DNA of 64,000 bases from Lama glama (taxonomy: Eukaryota), in NCBI GenBank assembly GCA_028534125.1, contig CM052817.1, positions 29,948,001 to 30,012,000 on the forward strand. The letters are read 5' to 3'. Of this stretch, positions 39,101-53,500 are shown piece by piece. Each line of letters begins with the position of its first letter. Position 1 is the stretch's first letter. The notes below the pieces were generated by a model. The model was given only the letters and a program-made list of their open reading frames with translations. It ran no database searches and was not told the origin of the DNA. The translations under genes and the position numbers were made by a program.

Positions 39101-41280
39101 AAAGTGCCTATATTGATAATCTCTTAATACTGAACTACAGAAGCATGCACCAGTTCCTATGAGTAAACCCATGTCCAAATTATGCCTGGAATTTTCAATT
39201 ATAACTGTTTTGTACTTACTCCCCCTGTGTTAGATTCTCGTAGTATCACTTGGATTCCTAGAGCTTTCATTGATTCTGACTTCATTCAGAGAATTGCTGT
39301 AACCCTTGAAGGTTGTACTTGCTACCGGAGGATAACTGCAGTTTAATTATCCTGAGACATTTACTCAAAAGAGTGACATGCATAATTTCCTCAAAACCTA
39401 AACAACTAAGAAGTTAAAAAACACTTTAATTCCAGTGTAATAACTTCTATTACCATTTCTGCCTTTAGTTTTGGTTGTATATTTTTATTCTGTTTACATT
39501 TAAATAGTTTAGAGCATGCATAGTTGGACAGCCTCTCCTCAAGTTAGCCATTTTTTTCGATCTTCTATATATTATTCATTTTTCATTTAAATTCTCAAAA
39601 TAGAAATTATAGGAACAATCTATTCACTGACTAATTTATGCATTCTTTCAACATGCAATTGTTGAATATCCAATTTTTTGATAGTGACACCAGGATTGAA
39701 GCTATTAATCTAACTTTGGGTTAAAAAAAAAAAGGAAAAACATATCCTATTGGAGAATGATACTGTTTTAGGTCTTATCGGTAATATACAGAGATACTAT
39801 TTTATGTAGCCAAGCTTAAAAATAAACAGCTATTTTGCACCAAACCAAATTTTGTCTCATTTAAAAAAATAAAACCATTAAACCTATATATTAATTTTGT
39901 TCCTTACCAGTAACTTAAGTGTATGCGCAGTTAAGAGGGAAAATAACTTTCTTGCTTAATTACACTAAAGTCTGCTTGCTTGATTACACTCACAGTCAAA
40001 ACAACTGTGTTCATTTTATAATAACTGAATTCTAATTTTCCTGCATTGTTGTTAAAATAGTCTTCTATGTAAATGGTTCCTTAATCCCTAATATGACAGT
40101 GCTTGTTTTAATAAACACTATCAAATATTCCATAGTTTTTTTTTCCTTGTATTTGCTTTAGTATCACCAGTTTTAATCGTAATTCACTTAATTAGTTTTC
40201 CAAAAAGCCATCACTGTCCAAGGTTACAAGTGTGTAATTGCCCCACTGGGAAAACTCAATCTTTTATACTATGAAACTTTTATACAGGAAGATCATCTTT
40301 GAAGCCTCCTGATAGCCATTCTTGTCAAAGTATTTCTGGAATGCTAATTCAGTCTTTAATCCTACTTCTCTTTATTTTAATGACCACATTTTTGTTTAAT
40401 AAATTCATTTCAATTGAAAACAAATCCCCAAATAAAAAATATACAATCCAGGAAAATTTAGACTTTTATATGCCCAAAGAGGCTTATCTAAGCATTCGTT
40501 ATGAACATTAAAATGAACATTTTAAGATTCTTTTAAAGAGAAAATTAACAATTTAGTAAGGCATTACTTTATGAAATCTCATATTTGCATAATGTTAAAT
40601 TAATGCACACAGCTGTATAGAATGTTCTATCATTACAAAAACCAAGTGGCTGTATAGAACTTTTGTTTGGGGTAGATGTAATACTAAAACACTCTTGGAA
40701 ACTTTCTGTTCCCTTGATTTATCTTCATTTTCTTGCCAACTTTGCTGTTTAATTGACTAGCTAAGCTTCATCTTTCAGGTCCTTAAATGTATGTGTTCCT
40801 CAAGTTCTGATATTTGTTTCTTTTTCCTTCTCCCTTTACTTTAAGACTTCTGCTGATTCCTCAGGGATTTAGCTACTTCCTGACAAATGTTTGCTCCAGG
40901 CCTTTCTCCTGAGAGTTAGCTTCTATTTTAAGACTCTCAGGTTCAATTTATCCACAGCCAATTTATATTCATTTGTATTAAGGCAACAAAAATGTCCATT
41001 AATGGGGTGGCCAAAATGCTGTCAGTACGGTAATCAATATAGGCAGCTGTGAAAGTTAATGACAATCATGTGAACATCATATTGAGTAAGAGGAAAACTG
41101 AATATGACTGTAACACTATAGGAATAAGCAAACACAGACAATTGTTAGGTATGTAATGATGGTTATTTAAGTATAAAGTGGTTAAAACCTGTAATAAAGA
41201 GATAGTTTGACTGTTGTAATAATCAATAAATGAAATGAGGGAGAAAATCAACAGTGTGTTAGAGAATTATCTTTGCATGG

Positions 41281-41670
41281 TGTTATGTTATGAATCGTGT
41301 CTTCCCAAAATTTATATGTTGAAGCTCTAATCTCCAATACCTCAGAATGTGAATGTATTTGGAGATAGAGCCTTTAAAGAGACAATTATGTTAAAATGAG
41401 GTCTTTAGGGTGTACCCAGATCCAATCTGACTACTGATTTTATAAGAAAGGACAAGATTTGGATACACAAAGAGCACGAGGGATGCACTAAAGAGAGCCC
41501 ACATGACAACATAGTGAGAAGGCACCATCTGCCTACCATAGAGGAAGGACTAAGAAGAAGGCAAAGTTGCTAACTTCTTGATTTGGACTTCTGTCCTTCA
41601 GAGCTAGTGACATAAATGTCTGTTCTTTGAGCCATCCAGGCCCTGGCACTTTGTTATGGCACCTGAGAGA
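41281..41670 (+). mobile_element. MaLR solo LTR (MLT1A/B-like)
   Basis: tgttatg...cccaaaatttatatgttgaagctctaatctccaatacctcagaatgtga...atttggagatag...ttgttatggca. Confidence 0.85.
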
Positions 41671-42878
41671 CAGGTGACAAAATGAAAAGAGATGACCATA
41701 ACACGTGATTGAATCCTTTGAATGGGACCCAGTAGTATGACTCACAGAAATGGGATAAGGGTTTGGAACAGTGCATTTCAAACTACTTTAAATAATGACT
41801 GTGGGTTATATGGAGATGTTAATTCTATTTTTTAAATAATAATAAAAACTATTTATGTGTAAGAGATAGAGTATAGATACATACTTTGTCATTTTCCATC
41901 CTAAAATACTTTCCCTTGACTTTTTCTCATAGTCTCTCTCTTGCTCATATTTCTCTTATACCCTCTCTCTTCCCTCTCTACCATCATACTCCTCTCATTC
42001 TCCTCTAAGTCAGGTTTCTCAAGCTAGGAGTTCATAAAATTAACCTTCATTTTAAAATTAACTGGTAAGAATAATCACTTACTCTCCATCATCTTGAAAT
42101 CAGCACATGATTGCATATCTATCCCTACACAATGCATATTTCAGGGCTGTGTGACAAGAAGTTGGATACAAGACCAATTCTGAGGATGGAGGAGAGGCAT
42201 AACGTTTCACAATTCCATTTCATTTCATCTAACAGAGTTATCTAGTACCATGCAACCAACACCAGTGGGCCCAATTTAATCACTTTATCATTGGAATCTC
42301 ATGTACATCGACAATTTATTTTTAGTTCCTTCTTCATCCTCTTATACTCCTGAGATTTTATAATATCATCTTGTCTTTTCCCACCTCTCTGACTCTTCTG
42401 TGTCTCCTTTCTGCACTTCTTTCTTCCAGCTGTATTCTGTAGGCTTGACCTCATTATACCATCTGATCCTTAGATCTGTGCTCTTCTTAATCTGCATCTC
42501 CCTTGGATCTTTTCTTGAGGATTTAAGCTATAATTTAGGTTGCTTGTCTCTCTTCCCTTCCCAATTTAGTTCTATTTCCCATCCTAACTTCTTTCCTGAA
42601 CTTAAAATCCAAATCATTGCTGGACAGTTCCTGAATGTGCCATTAGCATTTGAGGGCACATATGGCTACGTTCCCTATCTCAGAAAATGCCTCCACCATC
42701 TGTAAAGTCATCTCCATACCTTGGAGTCAGCCTGTGCACAAATAATGAACTAATTGAACCTATTGCCCTGAATTCATTCAGAATTAGTTACCAAAATTTT
42801 TCACGTATTCATTTTACTATTATGATATATACTTCATAACTCTATGCCTGATAGCTATTTTTAATATTCATTACTCAC

Positions 42879-42946
42879 CATATTTATGGGGTCAACTGGT
42901 CCAATGCTGTTTACATAGACATCAGTTTCAATTACCGTAGGCCTCA
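42879..42946 (-). CDS. GABRG1: GABA-A receptor gamma-1, exon 3 (68 nt; VRPTVIETDVYVNSIGPVDPINM)
   Basis: Read manually (absent from ORF track); acceptor TTTTGCAG|TGAGG, donor ATG|GTGAGT. Confidence 0.96.
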
Positions 42947-43337
42947 CTGCAAAATATCCATACAAAAAGAGTCAAAGATATAATCAGATGTTGTGTTAAA
43001 TAAATATTATTTAAATAATTCTTAATAATTTTAATATTTTACCATTTCATTTGTAAAACATTTCTCATTATGACATGAAGAAACACAGCCTATTAGATAA
43101 ACACAATAACCTTTTCTGTTTAAAAATCAATTATGTAACTAAAAATTACCATTTTTGACTAAAAACATTGCAATGTACAGCCTAAAAATGCTAAAACTGT
43201 CTAAATTATCCATTAAAATTAAGAAAGTTAATGCAATTAAAAATTGCTAGATAATTTGCTCTGCAGTAGTCATAGAATTTTAGGATTTGATGGATTTTAG
43301 AGTCTAAATATGTTATATAATCTTACTTAGTGCAAAT

Positions 43338-43546
43338 CAGTGGTGCACCAGTAAATGCTAACAACCTTGCTCTTGGAGACGGAGAAAATAAAGCCTTGAT
43401 TTGTAGCTTTTTCTGATTTCAGTGTTGTAAATACTCCCACAGTGACTGATTTAAAGATACCAATGTGAAGCCACTGAATGCAGAGTCGGACAATATATAA
43501 TAAATGGCTATTGTGAGCCATTATAAGCCAGTTCCTGCACACACTA
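43338..43546. mobile_element. MER63-like hAT-Blackjack element
   Basis: cagtggtgcaccagtaaatgctaacaacc...gccttgatttgtagc...gtgagccattataagccagttcctgcacacact. Confidence 0.7.
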
Positions 43547-46500
43547 GAACTTGAAGCATGGCTGTGATTAAAAGATGAAATGTATGTAAAGCATATACCT
43601 CCAGGTCTGATTCTTATGAGGGACTTAATAAAATTTGTTCACATCTCATTCCTCCCTTGTTAACAATATTCCTTTGGGTTGTTGATGGTTGGTTCTAGTG
43701 AAAGGTGTATTTTTATCTAATACTCAATAGTATGTTGTACAGCCATCACTATGGACTTCGTCTGTTGTGCTTTGTACATAATCATTCGTGTTTTCTCAGT
43801 CTTCAAATGACATATACAATATTTTTATATTCTATCAAAATGTGTAACACAGGTCAGCCTTTTAAATGTTCATCAAATGATATGATTAACTAATGTACAC
43901 AGTAATACATATTTGATTGTGGTTTGGGCTTTCAACCTTTTTCAGGTATTGTGGCTTCCTATAATGAGATTTACCATAATAATCACAATTTTGACTCAAG
44001 ATTTTTTGTTTGCTATGAAAAAACATTTTCACATAGTTTCTTTTTTTCCCTACTTCCCCACCAAATAAGATAAGTTTGTTTATCCATTCAGCAAATAGTT
44101 GTTGAGGAATGCTTGTAAAGGGTTCCAAAAAAAAAAAAATCGTGAGAAGAAAATCTACCATATGTATCATGGAGATTTATATAGAGATAATGCAAATAAA
44201 ATGAAGCAGAAAAACCATCTTGTACATTGAAAGTTTCTCTGCTAAAGTATGTTTCTAGTAATATTTACTGTTATCCTTTCTAAACTATGTGATTTCCCTT
44301 TCTGACCTAGTGTTTACCACTCTTACAATTCAGACACTATGTTAGACCTGGCAGGACAAACCTTCTCCTCTTATGCATAGCTGAGTCTGCCTGTCTGATT
44401 CCCGATCCAGTCCCAAGGGATGGGACAAGGCGGTCTTGGTAACTTCTAGTCTGGCAAAGCCTCCAACTGGCAAGCTTCAATGAAAACTTGAGGCATTTTG
44501 AAAAATAGTGTCTATATTACTTTAAAACAATATTTATTTTTAATCTTTGAAATTAAAAAACCCTACACATGGAAAAGCATACGACATTTATATAGTTTGT
44601 TTACCCTCCATAAATTATTTTATTAAATGGCATACATATTTTCTTAGCTAGAAAAATAAATGAGACTTGTTAGAAATAGTTTTAGTATGCAAAACTCTGG
44701 ATCTATAGGATACATGAAAATGTAACTCCATCTACTAGCCAACTGCTAGGTTTCTTAAATAAAAACGGATTCTATGACTTATAGGTTTCACAATTTAACT
44801 TAAGCTGAGGACTTCTGAGATCAGTCCTTTAATCATTTGCCATTTATTTTGACTAGCTATGAATTGTAGCCAATAAATATCACATAATTAAGCTATTACT
44901 AGATTTACAGAGTGGTTTTTATGAAAGCCAATTAATAACAAGACAATAGGTTTATTAGTTTCATTAGCAAGTATATTTATTATCAGTTATAAGCAGTTAA
45001 GTGCAATGTACCACTCTTATTTGATTAGATTTTTCTTCAGTTCATCTGATAAATCAACAAATACTGAGTGCCTGCTCTTTATTGCATGATTCTGGGGGCT
45101 GAACACTTGTCTACATCAAGAATTAAATGATTCCTGAGGTCATTTTTATTTGTAGGTCATAGTTCTCGCATTTTACAGTATAGAAAGTTTTAGATATGAG
45201 TAACCTACCCTGGTTTCTTGATATTAACATTTCATTAGCTAATAATAAGACAAATATACATGTTACAAAAATATTAACTCTGGCATTAGGGCTTGAACCA
45301 CATTAAGGTAATTCATGATGAACATAAATCAAGTTCTTCTGGGATAGGACAAAAGGAGGATAACATCAGTGAGTCCAACGTAGAACTTTTTACAGATACA
45401 ATATTCAATAAATAATTCAGTATGTATATATATTTGCAAACTATGAGTATTTTTAGTTACTCTGTATCTCATTTTATAACTTTGAGATGCTGGTATTTGA
45501 GTAGAATAAATCTGAAAGTTAACTTTTTTGGATTAATTTTGAAACTATAGCTAGTTCTTATATTCTTCAAAATATACAGTAAAGAGAAAAACAACAGAAA
45601 TCTCTAATTGTTTCTTAATGATGACTTATTACTACATTTATTAATCTGTACTATGAACAGTACTTATGGATGAAATCACTTAAATATAGTTTTCTTAGTA
45701 ATTCAGTCAGTACATTCTGGGCTCCATGATTTTCTCAGTCCAAAGTTCATTCAATTATAGGATTTCAGTGATATTTTAAAAAGGAAAACATCATCTTTCA
45801 ACCCAAAACTAAAAAAAAAAATTAAACTTAGAGTAATTTGCTATTCCAAACTCATTAAATGATGGTTAGAGAATGGGCACAAACTATGTTTAATTCATCA
45901 ACACACAGGAAGATCAAAGATCTCTTTTTTGCGATAGTGTAACAATGACTAAGAAAACCATGTACTGCCACAGCAAATTACATTTTTGATAGACAGAGGG
46001 AAGAAATGTAAAGATGAATTACTTTTACCAGGCTTCTTTCTGTGCTGTAATTTCTAACTACTTTGCTTTAAGTATCTCACTAGAATATAAGTAGATAAAC
46101 TCCTAGTGGAAATAGAAATACACATTCCAGGCAACTCAGTAATACAGAAACTAAGATGTGGAAGGAAAAAGAAAAAAAAATCAGCTTCCAGGTAGCTAAG
46201 GCAAAACTGAAGAAAGCCAATTCTAGAGGTGGGTAATTGGTTATCAATTAGAAGCTATAAACTAAAATGAATTTAAAAAATATTTTCTTCATAATAGTTT
46301 TTAACCGTACCTCCTTGGATGCTCTGTTCCAATTAATCTAAGATATCTTTAGCATTTTATGTAGCCTTTTGGTCACTTTGGATATTAAAATTAATTTAGT
46401 TCAGTCAAAAACTCGAATCCTAGAAAATAAGTTTAATGGTCTTTTCCTATGGCCACAGAATGCATAAAAAAGAAATAGCCCCACTGATCTGGGTATGGCA

Positions 46501-46879
46501 GTTATAACATACAGACTTTGAAAGAACTATGAATGTCTTACTGCCCTAGAATAGACAGTAGAGGATCTCAACCCAGAGGTGTCATGTCTGAGTCCAGAGA
46601 CTTCTTCCCAGGCCTTACTAACAACAAAGGAATGCCAACTAACACTGGCCATCCCCCTCCCCAGGTGACATGGGACAGACAGACACTTGGATACGTATGA
46701 ATGAAAAGGGACATGTGGCTAAATAGAAGCGGAGGGGCTGTACTAATACTTTAGCCAGTAGGTACTAACATAGACAGCTAGAAAAGATTCTCACACCAAT
46801 TCTGGGTAGAAAAGAATGCCTACAAAGATCACTTCAACAATTAAGTTATTTATTTGTTTATGTGTTTATTTGTTGTAAA

Positions 46880-48160
46880 ATTTCTTTTTTATTGAAGTAT
46901 AATTGATTTACAATATTATGTTGGTTTCAGATGTGTAGCATAGTGATCCAGTTATTTTTTCTGAATTATATTCCATTATAGTCTCTTATAAGACATCAAA
47001 TATAATTCCCTATGGCATACAGCAACTCCTTGTTCTTATCTACTTTATGTACAATAGTTTGTATCTGTTAATTGCAAACTCCTAATTTATTCCTCCCTAC
47101 CCCTTCTTCTCTTTGGTGACTATAAGTTTTTTTTTTTATTTTGTATATAGATTCATTTGTATTACTTTTTACATTCTACATATAATCGATATCATATAGT
47201 ATCTGTCTTGCTCTTTCTGACTTATGTCACTAAGTGTAATATTCTCTTCATTCATGTTAATGCAAATAGCAATGTTTTGTTCCTTTTTATGCCAGAGTAA
47301 TAGTCCATTATATGTACTATCTGTTGATAGGCATTTGGGTGGTTTCCATGTCTTGGGTACTGTAAATAGTGCTATTATGAACATTGTGGCACATGTATCT
47401 TTTCAAATGAGAATTTTTGTTTTTTCCAGATATATGCCAGGGAGTTAAATTGCTGGATCATATAGTAGCTCAATTTTTAGTTTTTTAAGGAATCTTCATA
47501 CTCTTTTCCATAATGGCTGCACCAGTTTATATTCCCAACAACAGTGTGGGAGGGTTCCCTTTTCTCCACACCCGCTTCAGCATTTATTATTTGTAGACTT
47601 TTTGATGACAGCCATACTGACAAGTGTAAGGTGATACCTCATTGTGGTTTTTATTTGCATTTCTCTAGCGCCGTGAGCAACTTTTCATGTGCTTACTGGC
47701 TATCTGCATAGGGCTTCTGCCCATTTATTGATTGAGTTGTTTTGGGTTTTTTTTTTTTTTGATATTGAGTTGTATGAGCTGTTTGTATATTTTGGATAGT
47801 AGCCTCTTGTTGGTTGTATCATTTGCAAATATTTTCTCCCATTCCATAGGCTGTCTTTTTATTTTGTTGGTAGTTTTCTTTGTTGTGCAAAAGCTTTTAA
47901 GTTTAATTAGGTCTCATTTGTCTAGTTTTGCTTTTTTTTTTCTTTTGCCTTGGGAGACTGATCTAAGAAAATATTGCTATGACTTATGTCTGCGAATGTT
48001 TTGCCTATTTCTCTTCTAGGAATTTTATGGTGCTATGTCTTATATTTAGGTCTTTAAATCATTTTGAGTTTATTTTTGTATATGGTGCAAGAGTGTGTTC
48101 TAATTTCACTGATTTACATGTAGCTGTCCAGCTTTCCCAACACCATTTGTTGAAGAAACT
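46880..48160 (-). mobile_element. 5'-truncated L1 (laurasiatherian/cetartiodactyl type)
   Basis: T-rich tail then attgaagtataattgatttacaatatt; ORF 47169..47384 (MFIIALFTVPKTWKPPKC) resembles the L1 ORF2 C-terminus; cccaacaacagtgtgggagggttcccttttctcc. Confidence 0.9.
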
Positions 48161-51100
48161 TGTCATTTATTATGTATACTCTGAAGTGAACAGATTAAAT
48201 GCTACTCTGCATAGTGTATATTACTACTTACATTTAAATAGAAATTAACTAAATTAAATTAAAATATATTTGCTTAGTCATACTAACCAAGTGTTCAATA
48301 GCCAATAACCAATTTTAAGTATTCAATACTCATAAATACATGACTTACTAATATCTATATATAACATTATATATTGAATATATATATATAAATTTAATTA
48401 TTTGGAATGTCTTCTTAGGAGAATAAAAAACTGGTCTCATTCTGTAGTTAAACGTCTGTGTAGGCAGCAACTTAGCAGCCTGCTGCTGGTGCTTTATCTG
48501 ATAAGGGGGAAAGCAAGTTGGAGAGGAATGATGGGATTTAAACAAAAAGCAGCAGTGGAGTATTTGCACATTGACTTTTTAGAATGTCTAGGATATTTTA
48601 TTTTCTTGTGGGTATAATTTACACCAAAAGAACATAATTGAGACAGAGGCATCTTATCAGTTTTTTGACCACCAACAGCACATATCTCCAGATTAGAATG
48701 TTAATGAAAGGAACTAAGGCAGGTGGAAAATATAGAGAAACATCCAGGTCTCCCATATCAAAGAAGAGAGCAGTATAAAATGCCTATGAACAACAACAAC
48801 AACAAAATGTTCCTACCCTCCTACCTATAAAAGAGTCATCATTTATATATCTGTCTCTCAATGGACACCAAGGGCCAGCTGGTGTTAGCCCCAAAAGGAG
48901 TAAAAGACTATCAAGACTCAAGTTTCAACTGCACCCAGTTAAATGGGCCCAGAGAGCATTCCTCATTTCCATTGCATATTCTCATCACCAAGAACCCAGA
49001 AGAATCAAATAGATGTAATAAAAAAAGCAGATCATACCTCCTCCCTTCTTTACCCCAAGTCCCTTTCTAGTGGCATTTGTCTACCATGTGTCCTGGGAGA
49101 GGGGTAGCTTTAATTCTGTTTGGATATTAAATTTTAGATTTCATCAAACTATTTAAATTATTGAAATCTATAATTTTTGGAAATTTGGAAATTATAAACT
49201 CTATCTGAAAAGTTTCTTAAATAATAAAAAAGAAATTTGGACATAAAGTAATTGAAGCTTTACTAGAATTGCAAAAGCTCTTAATGTTTTTCCCCATTAA
49301 GTTTGAAAGTCCTCAGTAAGTTGATCAAATCTGTTCTCATACCATCAATGAAGAGGAAAGATGCTAAGACAAATTTTGGACAGAAGGAATGCTGGCAAAT
49401 CACCTCAACAATTGTCATTCATTATGTATGAGATGCACAGATAAAAGCTACTGTGCCTGGTATAATTATCAAGGGACTTAGGACATATTGTATCTAATCT
49501 ATTAAACAAAGTGATGTAACAGATGTATGTAGCATTTGAAAGAACAAATCTTGATCTGAAATAATGCAGTTAAGATGCTAAATTCATGAAGTAGAGCAAC
49601 TGTCAAAATACCTACCCATGAAATAAAAAAGATTTTACATACTAGGTTCTATTCAGAAAATATTCATTCAGTTAATATTAAGTGAACAGAGTTTATGTTT
49701 CAGGCATCATATTAGCAACTAGGAGTAGAGTGATTTCTGCTTTCTGGGAACTAACATTAATTGAAGGAAAAGAGAGTGTCAAGTAATAATAGTAAAATAT
49801 GATGAGTGAAGTGGAAGTATTTATGGATTTATACTTTTTCATGTGATAAGTAACTGGTATCAAATTAACCATCTCAATAAAAACAACTATCGGTTTATTT
49901 AAATAAAACTATACATTAATTTAATATAAAAATGGAGATCATTGAAGGAATCACATTGCAGCTAAGACAGTCACGATTTGATGCAACAATTTCCTGGGAA
50001 AAATAAAAATTGCAGTGATGTGAGTTCTACACTATTCTTTGGCCACTTCTTCCCCTTGGTGCATTTGTTGTTTCACTGCACAGAAATAGTGTCTAAACAA
50101 AGCAAAGTGGCTTAGAGCTTGTAACTTTCTCATTGGACTGAAGGGACAAAAATTGGAGTGAATGTCTGTCAAGACAACTAGGACTTCCCTGGGACAAAGG
50201 AAAGCACAGGAAATTAAACTAGACACTCTACAGGCAGCTTGCCCTTAAGGCATTTACTAATTCTTAAATTGTGTATTTACATCGTGCGATACTGAGAAAA
50301 CAAATATAAATCAGCTACTGAACTCTAAAGTAATATCTGAAGATTTCAGCTATTTCAGGGATGTCTGGGGCCAGCAGGGAGGGGAATTCCTGGTTAAAAT
50401 CTTAGGCTATCAGTTGAGACATTTCAAATGGCTATGCCCCAGGAGAAAGGAAAGTTTTACGAAAGGAAATACACCAATTTTGGCCAAATGAAGTTTGTAT
50501 TCCTTAACTCATCCTGACTCATCAAACAAAATTAAATCCTTCCTGGAGGAAAATAACATCGTCTGGAATCTCCATTATTTTTAATACACCTTATTGTTGT
50601 TCAATAAAAAATTAAGTCAATTCCATGAAACAGAAGCAAATCACCTTTAACCAAGAGATAAAATGAAAAATAAAAACCTTTGAAGGTCACACATGTGATC
50701 AAGATATTGTGGTTATCAAAGACTTTAAAATAACTGTGATTAAGACATATGAGAAAATAGATGAAAAGACAGCAAATTTGATAAAATACCTGAAATTTCT
50801 CTAAAAATCAGATATAAACACTGCAAGTGAGAATTATTAAATCAGAAAAAGTCAATAATAAAGAACAGACTGAAACACAAAGTAGGAAATAATGAAAAAA
50901 AATAAAAGTGTTTGAGGCAATGGAGATCGAGAAAATGTCAAACATATCTGCAATGAAGTCACAAAGAAATTGAGAGATTCAAGAAGCCCTGTGAATCCTC
51001 GTCAAACGTACATCAAAAACAAAACACAAAAGTCTAGGGATATTATATAAAACTGCAGAAAACTAAAGACAAAAAAAAAAAAGCAAACTAAAAATAGCCA

Positions 51101-52071
51101 GAGATAAAAGATATTTTACCTTTAGAAGAGCAACATTAATGTTTAAAAGTGATTTTCAACAGAAATAATAGAAGCAAGAAGATGGTATGATGCTTATTTA
51201 TAGTTTAGAAAGGCAGTAACAGCCATCTTGGGTTTCTGTATCCATTGAAAATATCATTCAAAAATGAGGGCAACATGAAGAATATTTTCATTTAAGGACT
51301 GGAATAACTTGCTGCCAGGAGACAAAAGAAAACTCCAAGGACATATGTTTCTAAATGGAAACACAACATTGAAAAAAGGAAAGAATACCAGATAGGGTAA
51401 TTTTTTGGTAAAAGTGAATTGTTGAATATTCTAAAATCATAATAATAGTGTCTTTTGGAATTTCAAAATATATAATGAAAATATGTAACTATAATTGCAA
51501 AAAAGATGACTAGAGTTTATGTAGTAAATGGCTTATAAGGTCCTCAAATTGGAATAAATTTATTCCTGTATGATTAAATCTAATAAAGAATGCATATTTT
51601 AATCACTAAAAGTGATAAATAATTATATATATATGTATAAGATAATGTAAAGAGCAAATGAAATCATAACTAATTGATGAATCCAAAAGAGGGAAAGAAT
51701 AGAGGAAAAATAAAATTTGTATAAAATGGATTAAGCAGATTAGAGAAACAGAAAACAAATATAAAAGCAATAGATTTAAAATACATATACAATAACTATC
51801 TAAAGTATGTCTGTACTAACCACTCCACTGAAAATAAAAAGACTGTCAGACTTAATTATATGAAACAAAAACCAAATATGAAACTTCTCTTCAACAGAAA
51901 GGTAAAACAGTCCTATATTTGTATGTACCTAAAACAGTCTCAATTTGTACAAACCAAAAACTGACTGGACTTTTAAAAAAATAGATAAATTGATGGTCAT
52001 AAGATTTTTAACATAGCTCTTTCAACAAATATGTAGATTATTTAAGTTCCAAGAATAATACACTTGATTGT

Positions 52072-53102
52072 CTTTGAAGGGTAACTGATCTACAAGACTA
52101 TGTTAGTTCTTGTTACAGCACATAGTAATTTGATATTTCTATATATTTCAAAATGATCACTATGATAAGTCTAGTTACAATATGTCACCATGCAAAGATA
52201 TTACATAGTTATTGAATATATTCCCTACCCTGTACATTTCCTACCCTGATGTTTATTTTGCAGCTGAAGTTTGTACCTCTTAATCTTCCTCACCTTTCTT
52301 TCCTCTTTCTACTTCCCTCCCATCTGGCAACTACCTGTTTGTCCTCTGTATCTACAACTGTGTCTGTTTTGTTATGCTTGTTCATTTGTTTTGTTGTTTA
52401 GATTTTATATATAAGTGAAATCATACAGTACTTGTCTTTCTCTGTCTTATTTCACTTAGCACAATACCCTGGAAGTCCATCCATGTTTTCACAAATGGCA
52501 AGATTACACTCTTTTTTATGGCTGTATTTCTCTGTATATCTACATCACATCTTCTTTATCCATTCAACTATTGATGGACACTTGGGTTGTTTCTCTAGCT
52601 TAGCTATTGTAAATAAATGCTGCAATGAACACAGAAGTGCATATACCTTTTCAAATTAGTGTTTTTGTTTTTTCTGGATAAAATACCCAGGAGCAGGGCT
52701 GCTGGATCATTGGTAGTTTGATTTTTAATTTTTAGAGTAATCTTCACACTGTTTTCCATAATGGCCACATCAATTTACATTACCATCAATAGTGCACGAG
52801 TGTTCCCTTTTCTACACGTTCTCATTAACACTTGTTATTTTGTTGTCTTTTGATAATAACCATTATTAACAGGTGTGGGGTGATATTGCATTGTGGTTTT
52901 GATTTGCATTTCCCTGATGATTAGTGATATCGAGTACCTTTTCATGTTCCTGTTGATCTTCTATAGGCCTTTTTTGGAAAATGGCTATTCAGATCCTCTG
53001 CCCATTTTTTAATCAGTTGTTTGCTTTTCTGATGTTGAGCTGTATAAGTTCTTTGTATATTTTGGATATTAAGCCCTTATCAGATATATCACTTTCAAAT
53101 AC
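52072..53102 (-). mobile_element. L1 3' portion inserted within the older L1 block
   Basis: ataagtgaaatcatacagta...ttatttcacttagcacaata...cattgtggttttgatttgcatttccctgatgattagtgat. Confidence 0.88.
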
Positions 53103-53104
53103 TT

Positions 53105-53500
53105 CAAAACAAGTAGAACAAACAAATTAATTCAAAAGGGATTGGATTTGTGATTACCAGAAGTGAAGGTGTTGGGGAGGGGGGAATTGGATGAAGGCAG
53201 CTGGAAGGTACAAACTCCCAATTATAAGATAAATAAGTATTGATATTACAAAACTCAACATAATAAATGTAATTAACACTGCTGGATATTATATATGAAA
53301 GTCATTAAGAGAGTTAATTCTAAGAGTTCTCATCATAAGAAAATAACATTTTTTGCATTTCTTCAATATTGTATCTATCTGAGCTGACGGATATTCACTA
53401 AACTTATTGAGATAGTCAGTTCATGATGTATGTAAGTCAAATCATCCTGCTATACACCTGCTCTGTGTGTCAACTATATCTCAATAAAACTGGAAGAAAA
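53105..53500 (+). mobile_element. L1MA-type 3' end
   Basis: ggtacaaactcccaattataagataaataag...caactatatctcaataaaactggaagaaaaa. Confidence 0.85.
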
